Shown piece after piece: positions 27,032 to 38,500 of a stretch of 64,000 nucleotides of DNA. Numbering within the stretch: position 1 is the first letter of the stretch; the number at the start of each line of letters is the position of its first letter. The stretch is from a virus. Position numbers and translations under genes: made by a program. Location of the stretch: the IMG/VR virus record IMGVR_UViG_3300027779_001649, positions 24,824-88,823 of that record; one strand, given 5' to 3'. Below the pieces are notes generated by a model, which made no database searches, had not been told where the DNA came from, and saw nothing but the letters and a program-made list of their open reading frames with translations.

Positions 27032-27710
27032 TCCAATTATGTGGTTTGTTTGCAGAATGCGTAAAGTGAACTAGTTTTATGTCTGGATGAAATTCTTCTC
27101 CTAGATATATGTACTCGTTACCTGTTACTTCCCTGTACTTCCTAGTAATCTGAACTTGCCAAGTAGACATCTTCTTACCGTAGTTAATACCAGAATCAAC
27201 TACCCACCTAGTAAACCATTCATTGGGTAGGGTAATTAATTCTAATCTCTCTTTAACCGAATCCTCTACAAAATACTGTTCACCATTTACGGGGCCTTTG
27301 GTCACACCATTTTCAATGTAGTGTCTCTGCCATCCGTTTATGTCTTTCATAAACTTATCGTAGATATATTTGCAGTCCTTCGGATAGTACTTAAAGAATC
27401 CACCGTTGATAGAGTATCCTTCTTTCTTTGTGTCTCTCCACCACCCAGGCATTGCAAGGAACTGTCCACGCATAATAGGGTAGTCAAATATCCTTTCATA
27501 GTCTCCCATAAGAAGAACGTCTATATCCATGACACAAATAGGTGTATCCTGATCTAGCTGCATACCCCACATCTTATTCCATTGCAACAGCACCTCTGGA
27601 TGATATGGTTCATGTATCCAATGCAGATCATAATTTGATAATTTACTTTCAAGATAATCTTCATATTCTTGTCCATACTTATCACCAATTCTTATTAATA
27701 TAACTTTCAT
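27009..27710 (-). CDS. GT-A fold glycosyltransferase-like protein
   Basis: IGDKYG, QWNKM, DxD motif MDIDV, INGGF, GEQYF, VHFTH. Confidence 0.72.
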   Translation of the reverse strand: MKVILIRIGDKYGQEYEDYLESKLSNYDLHWIHEPYHPEVLLQWNKMWGMQLDQDTPICVMDIDVLLMGDYERIFDYPIMRGQFLAMPGWWRDTKKEGYSINGGFFKYYPKDCKYIYDKFMKDINGWQRHYIENGVTKGPVNGEQYFVEDSVKERLELITLPNEWFTRWVVDSGINYGKKMSTWQVQITRKYREVTGNEYIYLGEEFHPDIKLVHFTHSANKPHNWSDYEKHN

Positions 27711-29065
27711 TTTTTAGTTTTCATGCAACGGGATTTCAGAGGATTAGTTCCAATCCAATAATAGAAATTTGCTTCATCTAACGCCTCAAAAAATTTATAA
27801 TATGACTTCCATATAATATCTAAGGGGTACTTTAATAAGACTTTATGATAACTGAAAATATTACTTGTGTTAACAAATACATTTTTTCCCTTGACTTTTT
27901 CAGCAAGTATGTTATAATCCATATTCAATAAGTCCCACTCATTATATGTAATAACAAACTTCTCTGTCATTTCTTTCTGTGCCTGTCTAACTTCTTCCCA
28001 AGTCCCGTACTCTACAAACCGTTCTTGTTGTCTAATTTCATGATTCCACACGAAATAAACATTGGAATAAACACGACCTAACATTTCAATCTCATCTTTA
28101 TCCATATTGAATTCTACAATTCTCCTTTTGACTCGTAGTATATCTTTATGTAGATCATAAAATGCAACTTCACCATCAAAATCTAATTTCTGTGCATACA
28201 CTTCGGTGCTATAACCAGCACAAGGCGACAGTATGAGATCAAATTTAAAATCCAACCAGTTAGTTATAAGTTTACTATTAATTTTTAGATGTTCATTGTT
28301 CTCTACATAAAAATTAGATCTATTAGTGGTGTTTTGTTGAAGTGTACGAAAATAAGAATCTCTATTTGGAGGCCCATCATATAAGAACTTACCTCGTTCT
28401 ATTGAATTCCAGATATCATTCTGTAATAGCCGTCTATTACTACCATATGAATAAGCCTTACTGCTTCTCTCTTCCTTATTAAAATTCACTATCTTTATTA
28501 AGCCCTTTGGTTTAATCCAAGGCGGAGTATAGTCATCGTGATAGTTATCTGAAGACCGAATATATTTGGGCCATCTTTCAAATAGGTTTGGTGACCCTAC
28601 CGATCTCCATATATCTAAATTTACTTCTAAGTGCTGTCGGTGTAAATACGCCTCTTTGTTTGGGTGGGATATTATGTGACCTCTACAATAAAGTTGAGTT
28701 TTAGTGAATTCTTCAAAGGAAGTAAGAGGAGTCGTTGCCTTCCCATCAATAACTTCTGTTACACGAAATATCATACCAACAGAACATATCATTGCATGGG
28801 TGTACCGGCGATTTTTCTTTAATGTCTTATCTAGTTCACTTTCCAAACATAATACAACATTGTGATTACTACCACCTCCAGTTGGTCCACCAGATATTTG
28901 CATATAAGTCATCTGTGTTTGTCTATAAACACCATGATCCCATTCTAATTTATCTGGATAAGTCACAACATATAAATGTGGTTTGCCCTGTAATCTACGT
29001 GTCAAGTCTCCCTTCTGCACTTCTTTATGTAGAAGTTTTTTAAAATCATCTAAAGAATTAACCAC
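27707..29065 (-). CDS. Hypothetical protein in modification cluster
   Basis: 452 aa ORF overlap-coupled on both sides; NYHDDYTP motif; possible Rossmann-like C-terminus. Confidence 0.6.
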   Translation of the reverse strand: MVNSLDDFKKLLHKEVQKGDLTRRLQGKPHLYVVTYPDKLEWDHGVYRQTQMTYMQISGGPTGGGSNHNVVLCLESELDKTLKKNRRYTHAMICSVGMIFRVTEVIDGKATTPLTSFEEFTKTQLYCRGHIISHPNKEAYLHRQHLEVNLDIWRSVGSPNLFERWPKYIRSSDNYHDDYTPPWIKPKGLIKIVNFNKEERSSKAYSYGSNRRLLQNDIWNSIERGKFLYDGPPNRDSYFRTLQQNTTNRSNFYVENNEHLKINSKLITNWLDFKFDLILSPCAGYSTEVYAQKLDFDGEVAFYDLHKDILRVKRRIVEFNMDKDEIEMLGRVYSNVYFVWNHEIRQQERFVEYGTWEEVRQAQKEMTEKFVITYNEWDLLNMDYNILAEKVKGKNVFVNTSNIFSYHKVLLKYPLDIIWKSYYKFFEALDEANFYYWIGTNPLKSRCMKTKK

Positions 29066-29750
29066 GGGTAATTTCTTTCAGAGCATCTGGACCAAATTGT
29101 TTAACAATAGACTTTTTCATTAACAATTCTCTTTCCTTATTACCACCGCCATGAATTATAAAGTGAAATCTATTTTCATTTGAACTGTTTAAGGCTTCAT
29201 GATTAACACCATTATCAAACCAAAACCCTGTACAATTTTCAAAAGGAAGTTCTTCTTTTGTAGAAGCACGTCTTAGGTAACAATTGTCTGGTTGATAAAA
29301 CGCAAGGTTAATAGCAGAAGAAATGTTACGTTTTCTACCTTCGGCTGTTCTTTTTTGATTGGAATCATTATGAGATTCTATACTACCGCCTGGTTTAAGT
29401 AACATAAACCTACAACGTCTGTATTGTTTGTGTGGGAAATCTTCTAACCATCTCTTAGTCTCAGGTGCTATTTCTTGTAATTCTGTCCAACCCCAATCAA
29501 CAGCATCTTCTTCTAGATTATATGCAGAAGGGTTTTTGGTATGATGCCATCCCACAGAAATGTCCTTACCTTTCTCAACAAAACCATGTAGTGCAGAAGA
29601 ACACCAACCATCACCTGTTCCATAACGATGGTCTACAAAGAACCCTTCGTCATAAACCTGTTGAGCTTCTTTGATACATGCCTCTGGTATTTCCAAATCA
29701 ATTTTAAGATACCATATGTCATTTGCTCTGCACCATTCTACTGCATTCAT
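29058..29750 (-). CDS. Aspartyl/asparaginyl beta-hydroxylase-like 2OG-Fe(II) oxygenase
   Basis: RCRFMLLKPGGSIESHND, HEALN, RFHFII. Confidence 0.8.
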   Translation of the reverse strand: MNAVEWCRANDIWYLKIDLEIPEACIKEAQQVYDEGFFVDHRYGTGDGWCSSALHGFVEKGKDISVGWHHTKNPSAYNLEEDAVDWGWTELQEIAPETKRWLEDFPHKQYRRCRFMLLKPGGSIESHNDSNQKRTAEGRKRNISSAINLAFYQPDNCYLRRASTKEELPFENCTGFWFDNGVNHEALNSSNENRFHFIIHGGGNKERELLMKKSIVKQFGPDALKEITRG

Positions 29751-30421
29751 TTTCCTATTACCATGAATCTTTCAAAACCGTTAAGTAATTTTTTACTACC
29801 AGAGTACCAAACATCCATCATTCGTGCCTGTTCTATTAACTCATCTACACTCTCTACAGTATTGATATGGTCTGGACAGTTTTCTTTTTGACTTGTTGAT
29901 TGTAGAACAAAAAGTGAATTTTCTAATTGTGGATTTATTTCTCTAAACTTCCACATAGGAAACATGTGTTCACAAGAAGTATTCACCACCACATCATAGA
30001 CTTGTGCATGTTTATCTTGCACATCTTCTAAATCTCTACAATATCTTAAAGACTTAAACATAACATCTCTTCGGAGAGAACGATACCTTTTTGGTTCATC
30101 CTTATACCTTCTGTTTAATTTGAAGCTGATAAAATGTGCATCGTGGTCTATTTCAAAATTTGTAACAAATTTAGCACCTACGTTATCAACCAGTATTGCA
30201 GTTATATAGTGGGCATACCATCCTCCCAGAAGGGCAACATGTTCTGGAACAATATTCAAATTGATTAATTCATTTCCTAACCACAACTTACCTTCTACCT
30301 GTGAGGCGTTCATGGATTCTACAAGTCTTTCAAATGCCCAAGGTCTCTCTCTTTGAGTTTCCATATAGGCTCGTGTCCAATTGTTTGCAGTCAGAGGGTT
30401 GTAAGGAATATGGTCTACCAT
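29747..30421 (-). CDS. Class I SAM-dependent methyltransferase-like protein
   Basis: LLGGWY, FEID, VVNTSCEHM, VLQS, RFMVIGK. Confidence 0.72.
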   Translation of the reverse strand: MVDHIPYNPLTANNWTRAYMETQRERPWAFERLVESMNASQVEGKLWLGNELINLNIVPEHVALLGGWYAHYITAILVDNVGAKFVTNFEIDHDAHFISFKLNRRYKDEPKRYRSLRRDVMFKSLRYCRDLEDVQDKHAQVYDVVVNTSCEHMFPMWKFREINPQLENSLFVLQSTSQKENCPDHINTVESVDELIEQARMMDVWYSGSKKLLNGFERFMVIGK

Positions 30422-31173
30422 AATTTCTTTAACTCCTCAATTTCAAACATATCTTCATAAGTCTCTTTGGTACTATTATTAAAAAGACAGATTTTTTGGT
30501 CTTCCCTTATCTTTCTTTCTTCCATATCCTCTGGAAATATGTTTCCTTTATACCAAGAATAAACGTCACCCTTTGGATATACATTCACATAAGAAACTTT
30601 CTCATCCCATACATTATACCAATGATGATTAAGATAATTATCTATAGTAGAATATGTAAAGAATATAACCTCTGGATTTTTTTCTATATGTGCATAGATA
30701 CTTCCCATTTGAGATTTATTCCATCTCAGTACTGATGAATTTAATGGAGTTGATTTTATCTGTCCATAATTTTTCCGACAGGTATCTATATCATTCCACC
30801 AACCTCTAACGATATAGGGCTTATTCATCCGTAATTCAAAGAAATATTTTAAGTCTTTTTGTATAAGACAGTCCAAATCTAGATACAAAAACATATCTCC
30901 ATTCATTGTTGGAAATAGGTTCTCGTTGAACATATACATTTTTCTATAAGCCCAAAACCTGTTAGTATCGGGATCATAATGTTTATCCCAAGTTGTGGGT
31001 AATTTTAAGTCAAAACTATTTTGGGGATTATCTGTTAGACAATAAAAATTGAAAGGTATAGAACAATGCTTTTCACATTGGTTCTTTAGGTTAAGAACAT
31101 AGTCATTACTATATTTGTCACCCCACTTCACACATAATATTGTGTTCACAGACATTTGTGATTCAAGATGCAT
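30415..31173 (-). CDS. GT-A fold glycosyltransferase-like protein
   Basis: CVKWGDKY, CLTD, YLDLD (DxD), NSSVLRW. Confidence 0.75.
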   Translation of the reverse strand: MHLESQMSVNTILCVKWGDKYSNDYVLNLKNQCEKHCSIPFNFYCLTDNPQNSFDLKLPTTWDKHYDPDTNRFWAYRKMYMFNENLFPTMNGDMFLYLDLDCLIQKDLKYFFELRMNKPYIVRGWWNDIDTCRKNYGQIKSTPLNSSVLRWNKSQMGSIYAHIEKNPEVIFFTYSTIDNYLNHHWYNVWDEKVSYVNVYPKGDVYSWYKGNIFPEDMEERKIREDQKICLFNNSTKETYEDMFEIEELKKLW

Positions 31174-31176
31174 TTA

Positions 31177-31686
31177 TTACTTCATAAAAGAATGATATAT
31201 TGATATAGCCTCTAATGGTGATGTAGATTTTCGTAGGTCTGCTTTTTTCTTTTTAGCTTTACTATTTTTTACTTCATCACGATCAAAGAATTTCAATTTG
31301 AGTTTAAAAAGTTCTTCTTTATTTTGACTGTCTTCGTCATCAAAATTAAAGATTAAGTCTTCTATATTTAAGAGGATAATTTCCTCTTTGTCTTTTTGGT
31401 CTGGTTCATTTCCCTCTTGGTCATATCCATATAGATTATTATCACGAGCATAATTTTCAAAAGAATTTCTGAATATTTGTTTCTCATTATCTATTTTGGC
31501 TGCTGTAGATTGGTCAAGACTCTCATAAGACCACTCTTCCAACAAAGAGTTGAACTGATCATCAGTTTCATCAACAAGCAGAAAATGTTCTCTTGCAATT
31601 TTACCATCGCTCCATAAAACACAAACAGTATCATGTTCGGGGTTTGAATAGTAAGCGTTAATTATTTTTTCAGAAAAGACCGCCAT
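31177..31686 (-). CDS. Hypothetical protein
   Basis: AGGAG RBS and late promoter upstream; acidic centre, basic C-terminus. Confidence 0.65.
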   Translation of the reverse strand: MAVFSEKIINAYYSNPEHDTVCVLWSDGKIAREHFLLVDETDDQFNSLLEEWSYESLDQSTAAKIDNEKQIFRNSFENYARDNNLYGYDQEGNEPDQKDKEEIILLNIEDLIFNFDDEDSQNKEELFKLKLKFFDRDEVKNSKAKKKKADLRKSTSPLEAISIYHSFMK

Positions 31687-31697
31687 TCTTTATCTCC

Positions 31698-32648
31698 TTA
31701 TCCTTTATTTATACGCAAGGCATATGTGGTAATGGTGGAATTTGATCCGTTTGGAAATTCTTGGGCACGATAATCATCCCCAACTTGTCTAGTCTGGTAG
31801 TTACCAGCACCACCAGTAAGTCTGGTGTTAACCATAGCTGTTCCTCTAGTATTACCACTACCTGAGGCTTCTATAGTGTAACTAATCTGATATCCATCTG
31901 ACGATTCTGAGGCAGTTTCTCGTATCCATTCAGTTAGAAGTGCATCTAATGTACCTTCGGTAAAAGTTTGTAAATGACGGGCACTATCCGTTATATAAAC
32001 AGGATATCTGGCAGGCGCCGTATCGGTTCCTGATCGTTTGTGTAAGTAATAACTTGTAATTGTTGTTGGTTGGTCTAAAGTTTCTGGAATTCCTCCGGCG
32101 GTATATGCACTTACATCAGCTCTTGTATCTATGAAAACAGGGTCAGTTGAAACTACTGCATAATTAGTTGCAGGGGTTACAGAAGTAGTAATACTATATG
32201 TTCCAGCCGTAGTAGCACTCTCTGTTCCAGAAATAAGTAGGTCTACAGCAGGATGTAAGAAGGTATCTTTAATGTCTGCGATAGTCATTGCTTGTAAGTC
32301 ATTATCCCCATTAATATATAGTGGCCAAGTTGTTCCTGTATCTGATGTAGGTGATACTGATGCTTTGGCTTGATCTACACGGTCATAACTAACCGTAACC
32401 TCAGCAGGTTCTGCCGTAGTAGCTTCACTAGGAAATGCAGTTGCAGACTGAGATGTTGCACCCGCCTTCAATCTAGTATCACTCATAGCAGTTAAGTCTC
32501 CAGCTACACTAGTAGATACAGTTAGAGTAACAGAAGGACTTGTTCCATAGAGATAACATATCTGATTAGTCCACTCAAGAACTTCAGCAGTTGTCATTTC
32601 TTGTATGTCATTAGAGCTAGTAATATATACTGGTTTTCTAACTGCCAT
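31698..32648 (-). CDS. Putative virion structural protein associated with the tail fibre
   Basis: T/S/A-rich; three PxYI..(N/R)(D/H)(I/L)QxxT repeats; coupled to fibre gene. Confidence 0.6.
   Translation of the reverse strand: MAVRKPVYITSSNDIQEMTTAEVLEWTNQICYLYGTSPSVTLTVSTSVAGDLTAMSDTRLKAGATSQSATAFPSEATTAEPAEVTVSYDRVDQAKASVSPTSDTGTTWPLYINGDNDLQAMTIADIKDTFLHPAVDLLISGTESATTAGTYSITTSVTPATNYAVVSTDPVFIDTRADVSAYTAGGIPETLDQPTTITSYYLHKRSGTDTAPARYPVYITDSARHLQTFTEGTLDALLTEWIRETASESSDGYQISYTIEASGSGNTRGTAMVNTRLTGGAGNYQTRQVGDDYRAQEFPNGSNSTITTYALRINKG
31706..31713 (-). promoter_or_regulatory. Late promoter TATAAATA heading the 31686-25874 gene run
   Basis: Exact consensus in the 3' end of the upstream gene. 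Confidence 0.6.
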
Positions 32649-35328
32649 TACTATCTCCAGCACAATATAAGGTTCTTAGGGTTGCACCAGTACTACTTAT
32701 TAATCTCATTCTATTTGGAAAAATACTCTTCATTTCTTCTCCCATTTCTCCCATCATCCTTTTCATAACATGACGGTCAGTTTGAGTTGTAAGTGCTACT
32801 GCTTCTTCAAATATAATATTACTGTCTGCATTGGTAGAACTACCATCAGTACCATTTAAGGTAATATCGTCACCAGCATTTGCACTACCGTTAGTACTAT
32901 CTATAAGGAGATTATCACCACCTTGTTTATTCGGGAATGATAACTCACCAGTAGAACTTAGTTCCATAGCAGTGGAAGCAGCTTCTGAAATACCAGTTGA
33001 GAATTGTAGTTTAGTTGCATTGTTAGAAGCACTAAAGTCACCTTCAGATACAGCAGAAAGAGCAGCTGCAACCGTAATTGCATCAGTACCAGCACCCTCA
33101 TCTGGAGCAGAGAAAGTTAACTTACCAAGAATATTATCTACAGCAATGTCATCATCACCACTTGCAAATGCTAGTGTTGGATACTTGTCATCTCCACTAG
33201 CTGCATGTTTAAGAGTAAGTCCAGTATTAAGAACGTGACTAAGAGTAATCTCCTGTGCATCTCCAAATTGGATAGATGCACTATCGGAATCTAATACAAT
33301 GTCATCACCGACCCAGATATCTCCAGCAACACCCAATCCACCGGCAACAGTTACTGCCGCAGTTGTTGTTGCACTAGCAGCTGTAGTTGCAGAGAAACCC
33401 ACAACACCAGCAGAACTGACAGAGATTGCATCCGTATCTGTAGTTGAACCAATAGTTCCATCATCGGCAATTACCAATCCACCACCAGTTATAGTTCCTG
33501 TCGTTGTTATTGCATTACCTGTACTAATAGTACCAAATCCAGAGGCGATAGAACCACCAACTAAAGCACCAACAGAAGTTATGTTTGTTTGTGCGGCGGT
33601 TACTATTGTTCCAGTTACGTTTCCTGTTAAATTACCAGAGAAAACAGTTGAAGTCAATGTCCCACTACTAGGATTATAGATAAGTCCTGTATCAGTTCTT
33701 ATATTTTCATTACCAGTAGCAGCATCGGTAAAGTTCATAAAGTGTGATGCATCTGTAGTATTTGTTGCAACTAAGGTTACTGTTGTTGCATTACTTCCTA
33801 CTGTACCAGAAAACGATAAATTACCAGCAGCATCAGAGACCAACGCATCACCAGTAGAAGAAGCATCGGATACAGGTAATTTGTAAATCTGATTTCCAGC
33901 AAGTGAGGTACTGGCGGCAAAACCAACATAGTTAACACCGTTATACCATCTTAATTCTTTCTCATCACCATTTAAATATAGATACTCAGAAAGTTCCATA
34001 CCTTGACTGAAGGTAGTTACACCAGAAGATGCAATTGCAATCGCATCTGTATCAGTTGCAGAACCTATGTTACCACCGTCAGAAACTATAATACTTCCTG
34101 TAGATGTTAGGGTTCCCCCAGTAATAATCCCAGTTGTCGTGATAGTAGACGAACCAGTATCTATAGTTCCAAAGTTAGATGTGATTGAACCCCCGTCCAA
34201 AGCACCAACTGAAGTAACATTAGTTTGTGCAGCTGTCTGTATGGTTCCTGTAAGATTACCTTCTACATTAGCAACAAGAGTTCCAGTAGTTATAGTTAAG
34301 TTACCAGTATCAACACCTGTGTTAGTAGTTGTTCCCATCACAAATGTGTCAGCACTTTCATCCCAACCCATAAATGCATTGTCACCAGTAGAACCACGTT
34401 CCATGACAAAACCCATGTCATTTGCGTTAGTAGTTGCACCAGTATTTAATTCTATGAGAGTATCTTCAATAACTGTATTAGCTGCTGAGTTTGTTACCGT
34501 TGCACCATTAACAGTTAAGTTTCCTGTAATAACTAGATCTTGAGATATACCAACTACACCAGTAGCAGATATTGAAATCGCATCCGTATCAGATGCAGAA
34601 CCTATATTACCATCGTCGGCAATAACCAATCCTGTTAGAGTGCCAACAGAAGTAATTTGAGTTTGAGCGGCATCTACACTAAGTGTATTCGTTGAAAGAG
34701 TAAGTCCAGTTCCATCCACAAGGGCAGTCTTTGACATTGCGATAGCGGCACTTGTGTTAACATCATCGTTAACAATAACACCACTACCAATCGCAGCTGT
34801 TCCTGTAACATTACCACTACCATCAAAGGATGCAGAAGTCCATGTCACATCTCCTGTGGATGCAATAGTTCTACCAGTTGCGAGTGCAGTAGCAGTAGTT
34901 GCATTACCAGACAATGCACCAGAGAATATAGTTGCGGCGACTGTTCCAGTACTTGGATTATAGTGTAAGTCTCCATCAGATTCTATGGAAACAGTACCAG
35001 TATAAGACGCATCGGCTGCAAAGAGAATTGCGTTATTCTCATTAGTTGATTCGTTGTCTGCTACTGAAATTGTAGAAGCTAATACAGATGTACCAGTAGT
35101 TAGTAAAGTGCCATCTTCGTTAGGAATCAAAACCGTTCTATCGGCAGTAGGGTTAACTACATTTAACGCAGTCTCATATGCATCAGCAGAAGAACCTTCA
35201 AAGTTAATTCCCACGCCAAATATATTATTATTCTTTACATCTACTACATCAGAAACTAAATTATTAAATTCCCTTCGGAATTCATCTAGAGTGTTTGCTG
35301 ATGTAATCTGCGAGGCTGTAATGGCCAT
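32638..35328 (-). CDS. Tail fibre protein
   Basis: N-terminal TLDEFRREFN; G/S/T-rich beta repeats AQTNITSVG and DGNIGSATDTDAI; ERG...WDESADTF fibre module. Confidence 0.8.
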   Translation of the reverse strand: MAITASQITSANTLDEFRREFNNLVSDVVDVKNNNIFGVGINFEGSSADAYETALNVVNPTADRTVLIPNEDGTLLTTGTSVLASTISVADNESTNENNAILFAADASYTGTVSIESDGDLHYNPSTGTVAATIFSGALSGNATTATALATGRTIASTGDVTWTSASFDGSGNVTGTAAIGSGVIVNDDVNTSAAIAMSKTALVDGTGLTLSTNTLSVDAAQTQITSVGTLTGLVIADDGNIGSASDTDAISISATGVVGISQDLVITGNLTVNGATVTNSAANTVIEDTLIELNTGATTNANDMGFVMERGSTGDNAFMGWDESADTFVMGTTTNTGVDTGNLTITTGTLVANVEGNLTGTIQTAAQTNVTSVGALDGGSITSNFGTIDTGSSTITTTGIITGGTLTSTGSIIVSDGGNIGSATDTDAIAIASSGVTTFSQGMELSEYLYLNGDEKELRWYNGVNYVGFAASTSLAGNQIYKLPVSDASSTGDALVSDAAGNLSFSGTVGSNATTVTLVATNTTDASHFMNFTDAATGNENIRTDTGLIYNPSSGTLTSTVFSGNLTGNVTGTIVTAAQTNITSVGALVGGSIASGFGTISTGNAITTTGTITGGGLVIADDGTIGSTTDTDAISVSSAGVVGFSATTAASATTTAAVTVAGGLGVAGDIWVGDDIVLDSDSASIQFGDAQEITLSHVLNTGLTLKHAASGDDKYPTLAFASGDDDIAVDNILGKLTFSAPDEGAGTDAITVAAALSAVSEGDFSASNNATKLQFSTGISEAASTAMELSSTGELSFPNKQGGDNLLIDSTNGSANAGDDITLNGTDGSSTNADSNIIFEEAVALTTQTDRHVMKRMMGEMGEEMKSIFPNRMRLISSTGATLRTLYCAGDSNGS

Positions 35329-35342
35329 TCTATTCTACTCCA

Positions 35343-35567
35343 CTAATTCACTAATTTCTGCAATAGACCTTTTATCTCATGCATCTCAGACTTAATGTTA
35401 TTTATCTCTCTTGTTGCATTACGAATATCATCTCTCTGAGATTGAGCTTCTTGAGCCCTTTTTTTTGCCATATCATAAGCAGAGGTATTTCGGTTAATAA
35501 TAGCATTAGAGCTAGTATCCCTAATTAAATCTGGTCTTTCTTCTACGTTTAAAAATCTTTCTGTCAT
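35343..35567 (-). CDS. Small coiled-coil protein
   Basis: LIRDTSSNAIIN...EINNIKSEMHEIKGLL; typical neighbour of the large baseplate gene. Confidence 0.65.
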   Translation of the reverse strand: MTERFLNVEERPDLIRDTSSNAIINRNTSAYDMAKKRAQEAQSQRDDIRNATREINNIKSEMHEIKGLLQKLVN

Positions 35568-35568
35568 T

Positions 35569-38500
35569 TTATGTAGCTAGTGCTATGCACCTTAAATCCT
35601 TTATTCTTATTGGTTGAGAAGAATTAGTTCCCTTCATCACAATCTTAATTGAGAAGGATATAAATTCATCTAGTGAGGAATCTGTTCCATCATCTTTAAC
35701 TCCAGCAGTAAATTTATATTGTTGTAAATCATCATATGTTAATGATGGGTTCGTAACAGTATCAGTAGCACCTGTAGAATTAAAATTAGTCCAACCTAAA
35801 TCATCAAAGTCAGATGCATCATCAGTTCTTAATATCTTATACATGACTTGGATAGTAGCAGAGGTATGTCTGTAACCAGCAAAGAATACTCTCAATGCGG
35901 TAGCAGGATTTTCCAAAGTAACTTTCTTAGTCATATAAATTGCACTGTTATTATCACCTTCTGGGTCTGTAGATGCAACGAAATCTGATGTTGGATAAAC
36001 ATCTGTTGAATCATCAATAGCATTAATTCTGTTGGCAACTGCAACAAAAGACATTCTCTGTGCATCTATTATCGGAGACACATATGAATTGTTACTAGTA
36101 AGAGTAAGAGGCATTATAAGTGATTTAGAACCAGACAATTCGTTTGTTTCATTTATAAGAGAACAAACCATTTGTGTAGCATCTAACTCAAAATTTTCTT
36201 GCAGAGTCATCACTGAAGCGTTACTTAAAGTAGTTTTGGTAAAGGAAACTTCTGTTCCACTTGCACTTGTGCCAGTAGTTGGTTGAAGTTTAGCAGAAAT
36301 AGCGGTTCCATCTACTGCAAGAGTTGAAATATTTGGTTGACAAGTATTATATATTGCGTTCTGTGATGCAGTAACCATACTACCACCATTCTCAGCTGTG
36401 GTCACTCCACCACTAATACTTGGAGCAACAAGTAATGTTACAGTATACGAATCTATCGTTATATTAGAAAGGGCAGTATGAGTTTTATTAATATTTGTAA
36501 AAGGAACTTTATGTATCATGTATAATTCTACTTCTGTCCCATCAGCGTGAGATGCAGCTGTTGTATTATCCATACCCCTAGTTACACCAGATACACCAGC
36601 AGTAGTTATTGTATTGTACTTTAAAATCTCATCGTCAATTTTAATATACCAATCACTACTAGCGTCATATGCAAATTTACCAGTGGTATCATCAAAATCT
36701 GAATTAGATGCCAACAAGAATGATGTTGATTCTGGGGATATAGCACCATTCAAAGTTGTAACTGCATTTGATTTTACACCACTAATTGTGACATTATTTG
36801 CGGTAGAATACATATGGTGATCTGGTTGTTTAACCCTTAGTGTTGTAGAACCATTTTCAAAGGTTAATGGATTATCTTGTAATGCTTTCACTTCAACGTC
36901 ACTATTAATAAGGTCTACCACACCAGGCGTTCCAATATCAAATTTAGCTCTCCTCATAACATACTTAACATCCTCCATTAATGATGGAGCCCAAGTTCTG
37001 TTGTTATGACTCTTGAACATTACACCACTATGAGGTTGTTTAGATACTTGTCTACTACCCCCAATTTCTGTTTCTCCCATTCGTGAAATCCATACCTTAT
37101 GATTAGGAGAATGTGATTTCATAACAAAACAATATTCAGTATTATTCATTAAATATACTGGAGATGGAAATGTATATGTCGTTGCAACTGTGGCTGTTTG
37201 GGATAAATTAATCTCAGATGGTTGCTTCGCAACCCTTCCAAAAGGAATTACCTTTGTACCTGGCGTACCGTTAACAACATTTCTAATTTCTAATGATGTT
37301 TGAAGTAGGTCATCCTTTTCTGCAAAAAAGATATCTATACTTGTTATAAAAACACCTGGCGTTTGTTGTGTTCCTTCAGATGTAGTGTCAACTGCTACAG
37401 GCAATTCTTCTATGAAGAAAGTCTGGGCAAGAGGATCTGTACCTCCGTCTCCGTCCCAACCATCATCACCGTCAGTAGCAGCTGCTACATTAGGGGATAC
37501 AGATAGAATCTGTGAAGTGGAAGAAGATCTAGATGTATTTTCTGATACTGATCTACGAACAACCTCGGCATTTCGTACTGCAAGGATAGTTTCCTGTTCT
37601 GTTTCTAGTATACCTTTTGCATAATAGATAGTCTCACCAGCTGTTGCAGGATCTATACTAGTAGTATTTGTATCACTAGAAGTCAATCTAAATTGTAGCT
37701 CTCCAGATTGCCATACTGGGTTTCCAGCTGCCAGTGGGTTAGGGATTTGAAATGTTCCTTTAATCAGACCACTTGCACTAATAACCATCGCTACACCTTG
37801 AACGATACTCTCATCATTTGTAGAGTACCCAACACCAGGCGTGCAATATTTTGAAACGGCTTTATTATCAAAGAAAGCATAAACTCTTGTATTTGGATAA
37901 AAACCATGACCTTCAAAGGCGATATTTCTTGATCTAATATATGGTATTACTGCACGAGCAATGACCTTAGAACCTTGAGATTCCATATCAATCTTTTGAA
38001 CTACATCAGTTCTCATACCAGTTCTACGTAAATCGGTTCTCGTTGTTTGTATAGCACGGGTAACTGTATTAGCACCTTCTACACCACTACTCTGTCTTGA
38101 GGATGTAACACCAGACCATTGAGTCTGCCATGCATTCCATATCGTCCCTATAGCATTCCTATTATTATTAAATACTGTATCAAAGTTACCATCAACATTA
38201 ACAACCAAAGCTGGAGCAATTTCAGTTTCAAACCATTCATCTGAGGTAGGAGTTATTGATAAATCTCCAACCCAGTTTGATAACAATACTGGAGTTAACC
38301 GTTCTATTCGTGTTGCATATGGTTGTTCATCTAAGAGAACCTCAGTATAAGGTAGACTAATAATGTCACCAGTTTTTGAATAACCAGAACCCGCTCGTTC
38401 CACATCCGTAGATACTGATTCTGTTAACGTAATACCTTTCATCTTATGCTGTGGTCTTAGTTCTTTAGCTTCCATATCAATAGAGTTTTTATAATCGGGA

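Noticed and set aside
17949-31686. Accessory block as a host-genome contaminant or prophage boundary
   Set aside because: Genes overlap or abut phage structural genes, use phage late-promoter motifs and have paralogs within the terminase region; read-level confirmation is still advisable
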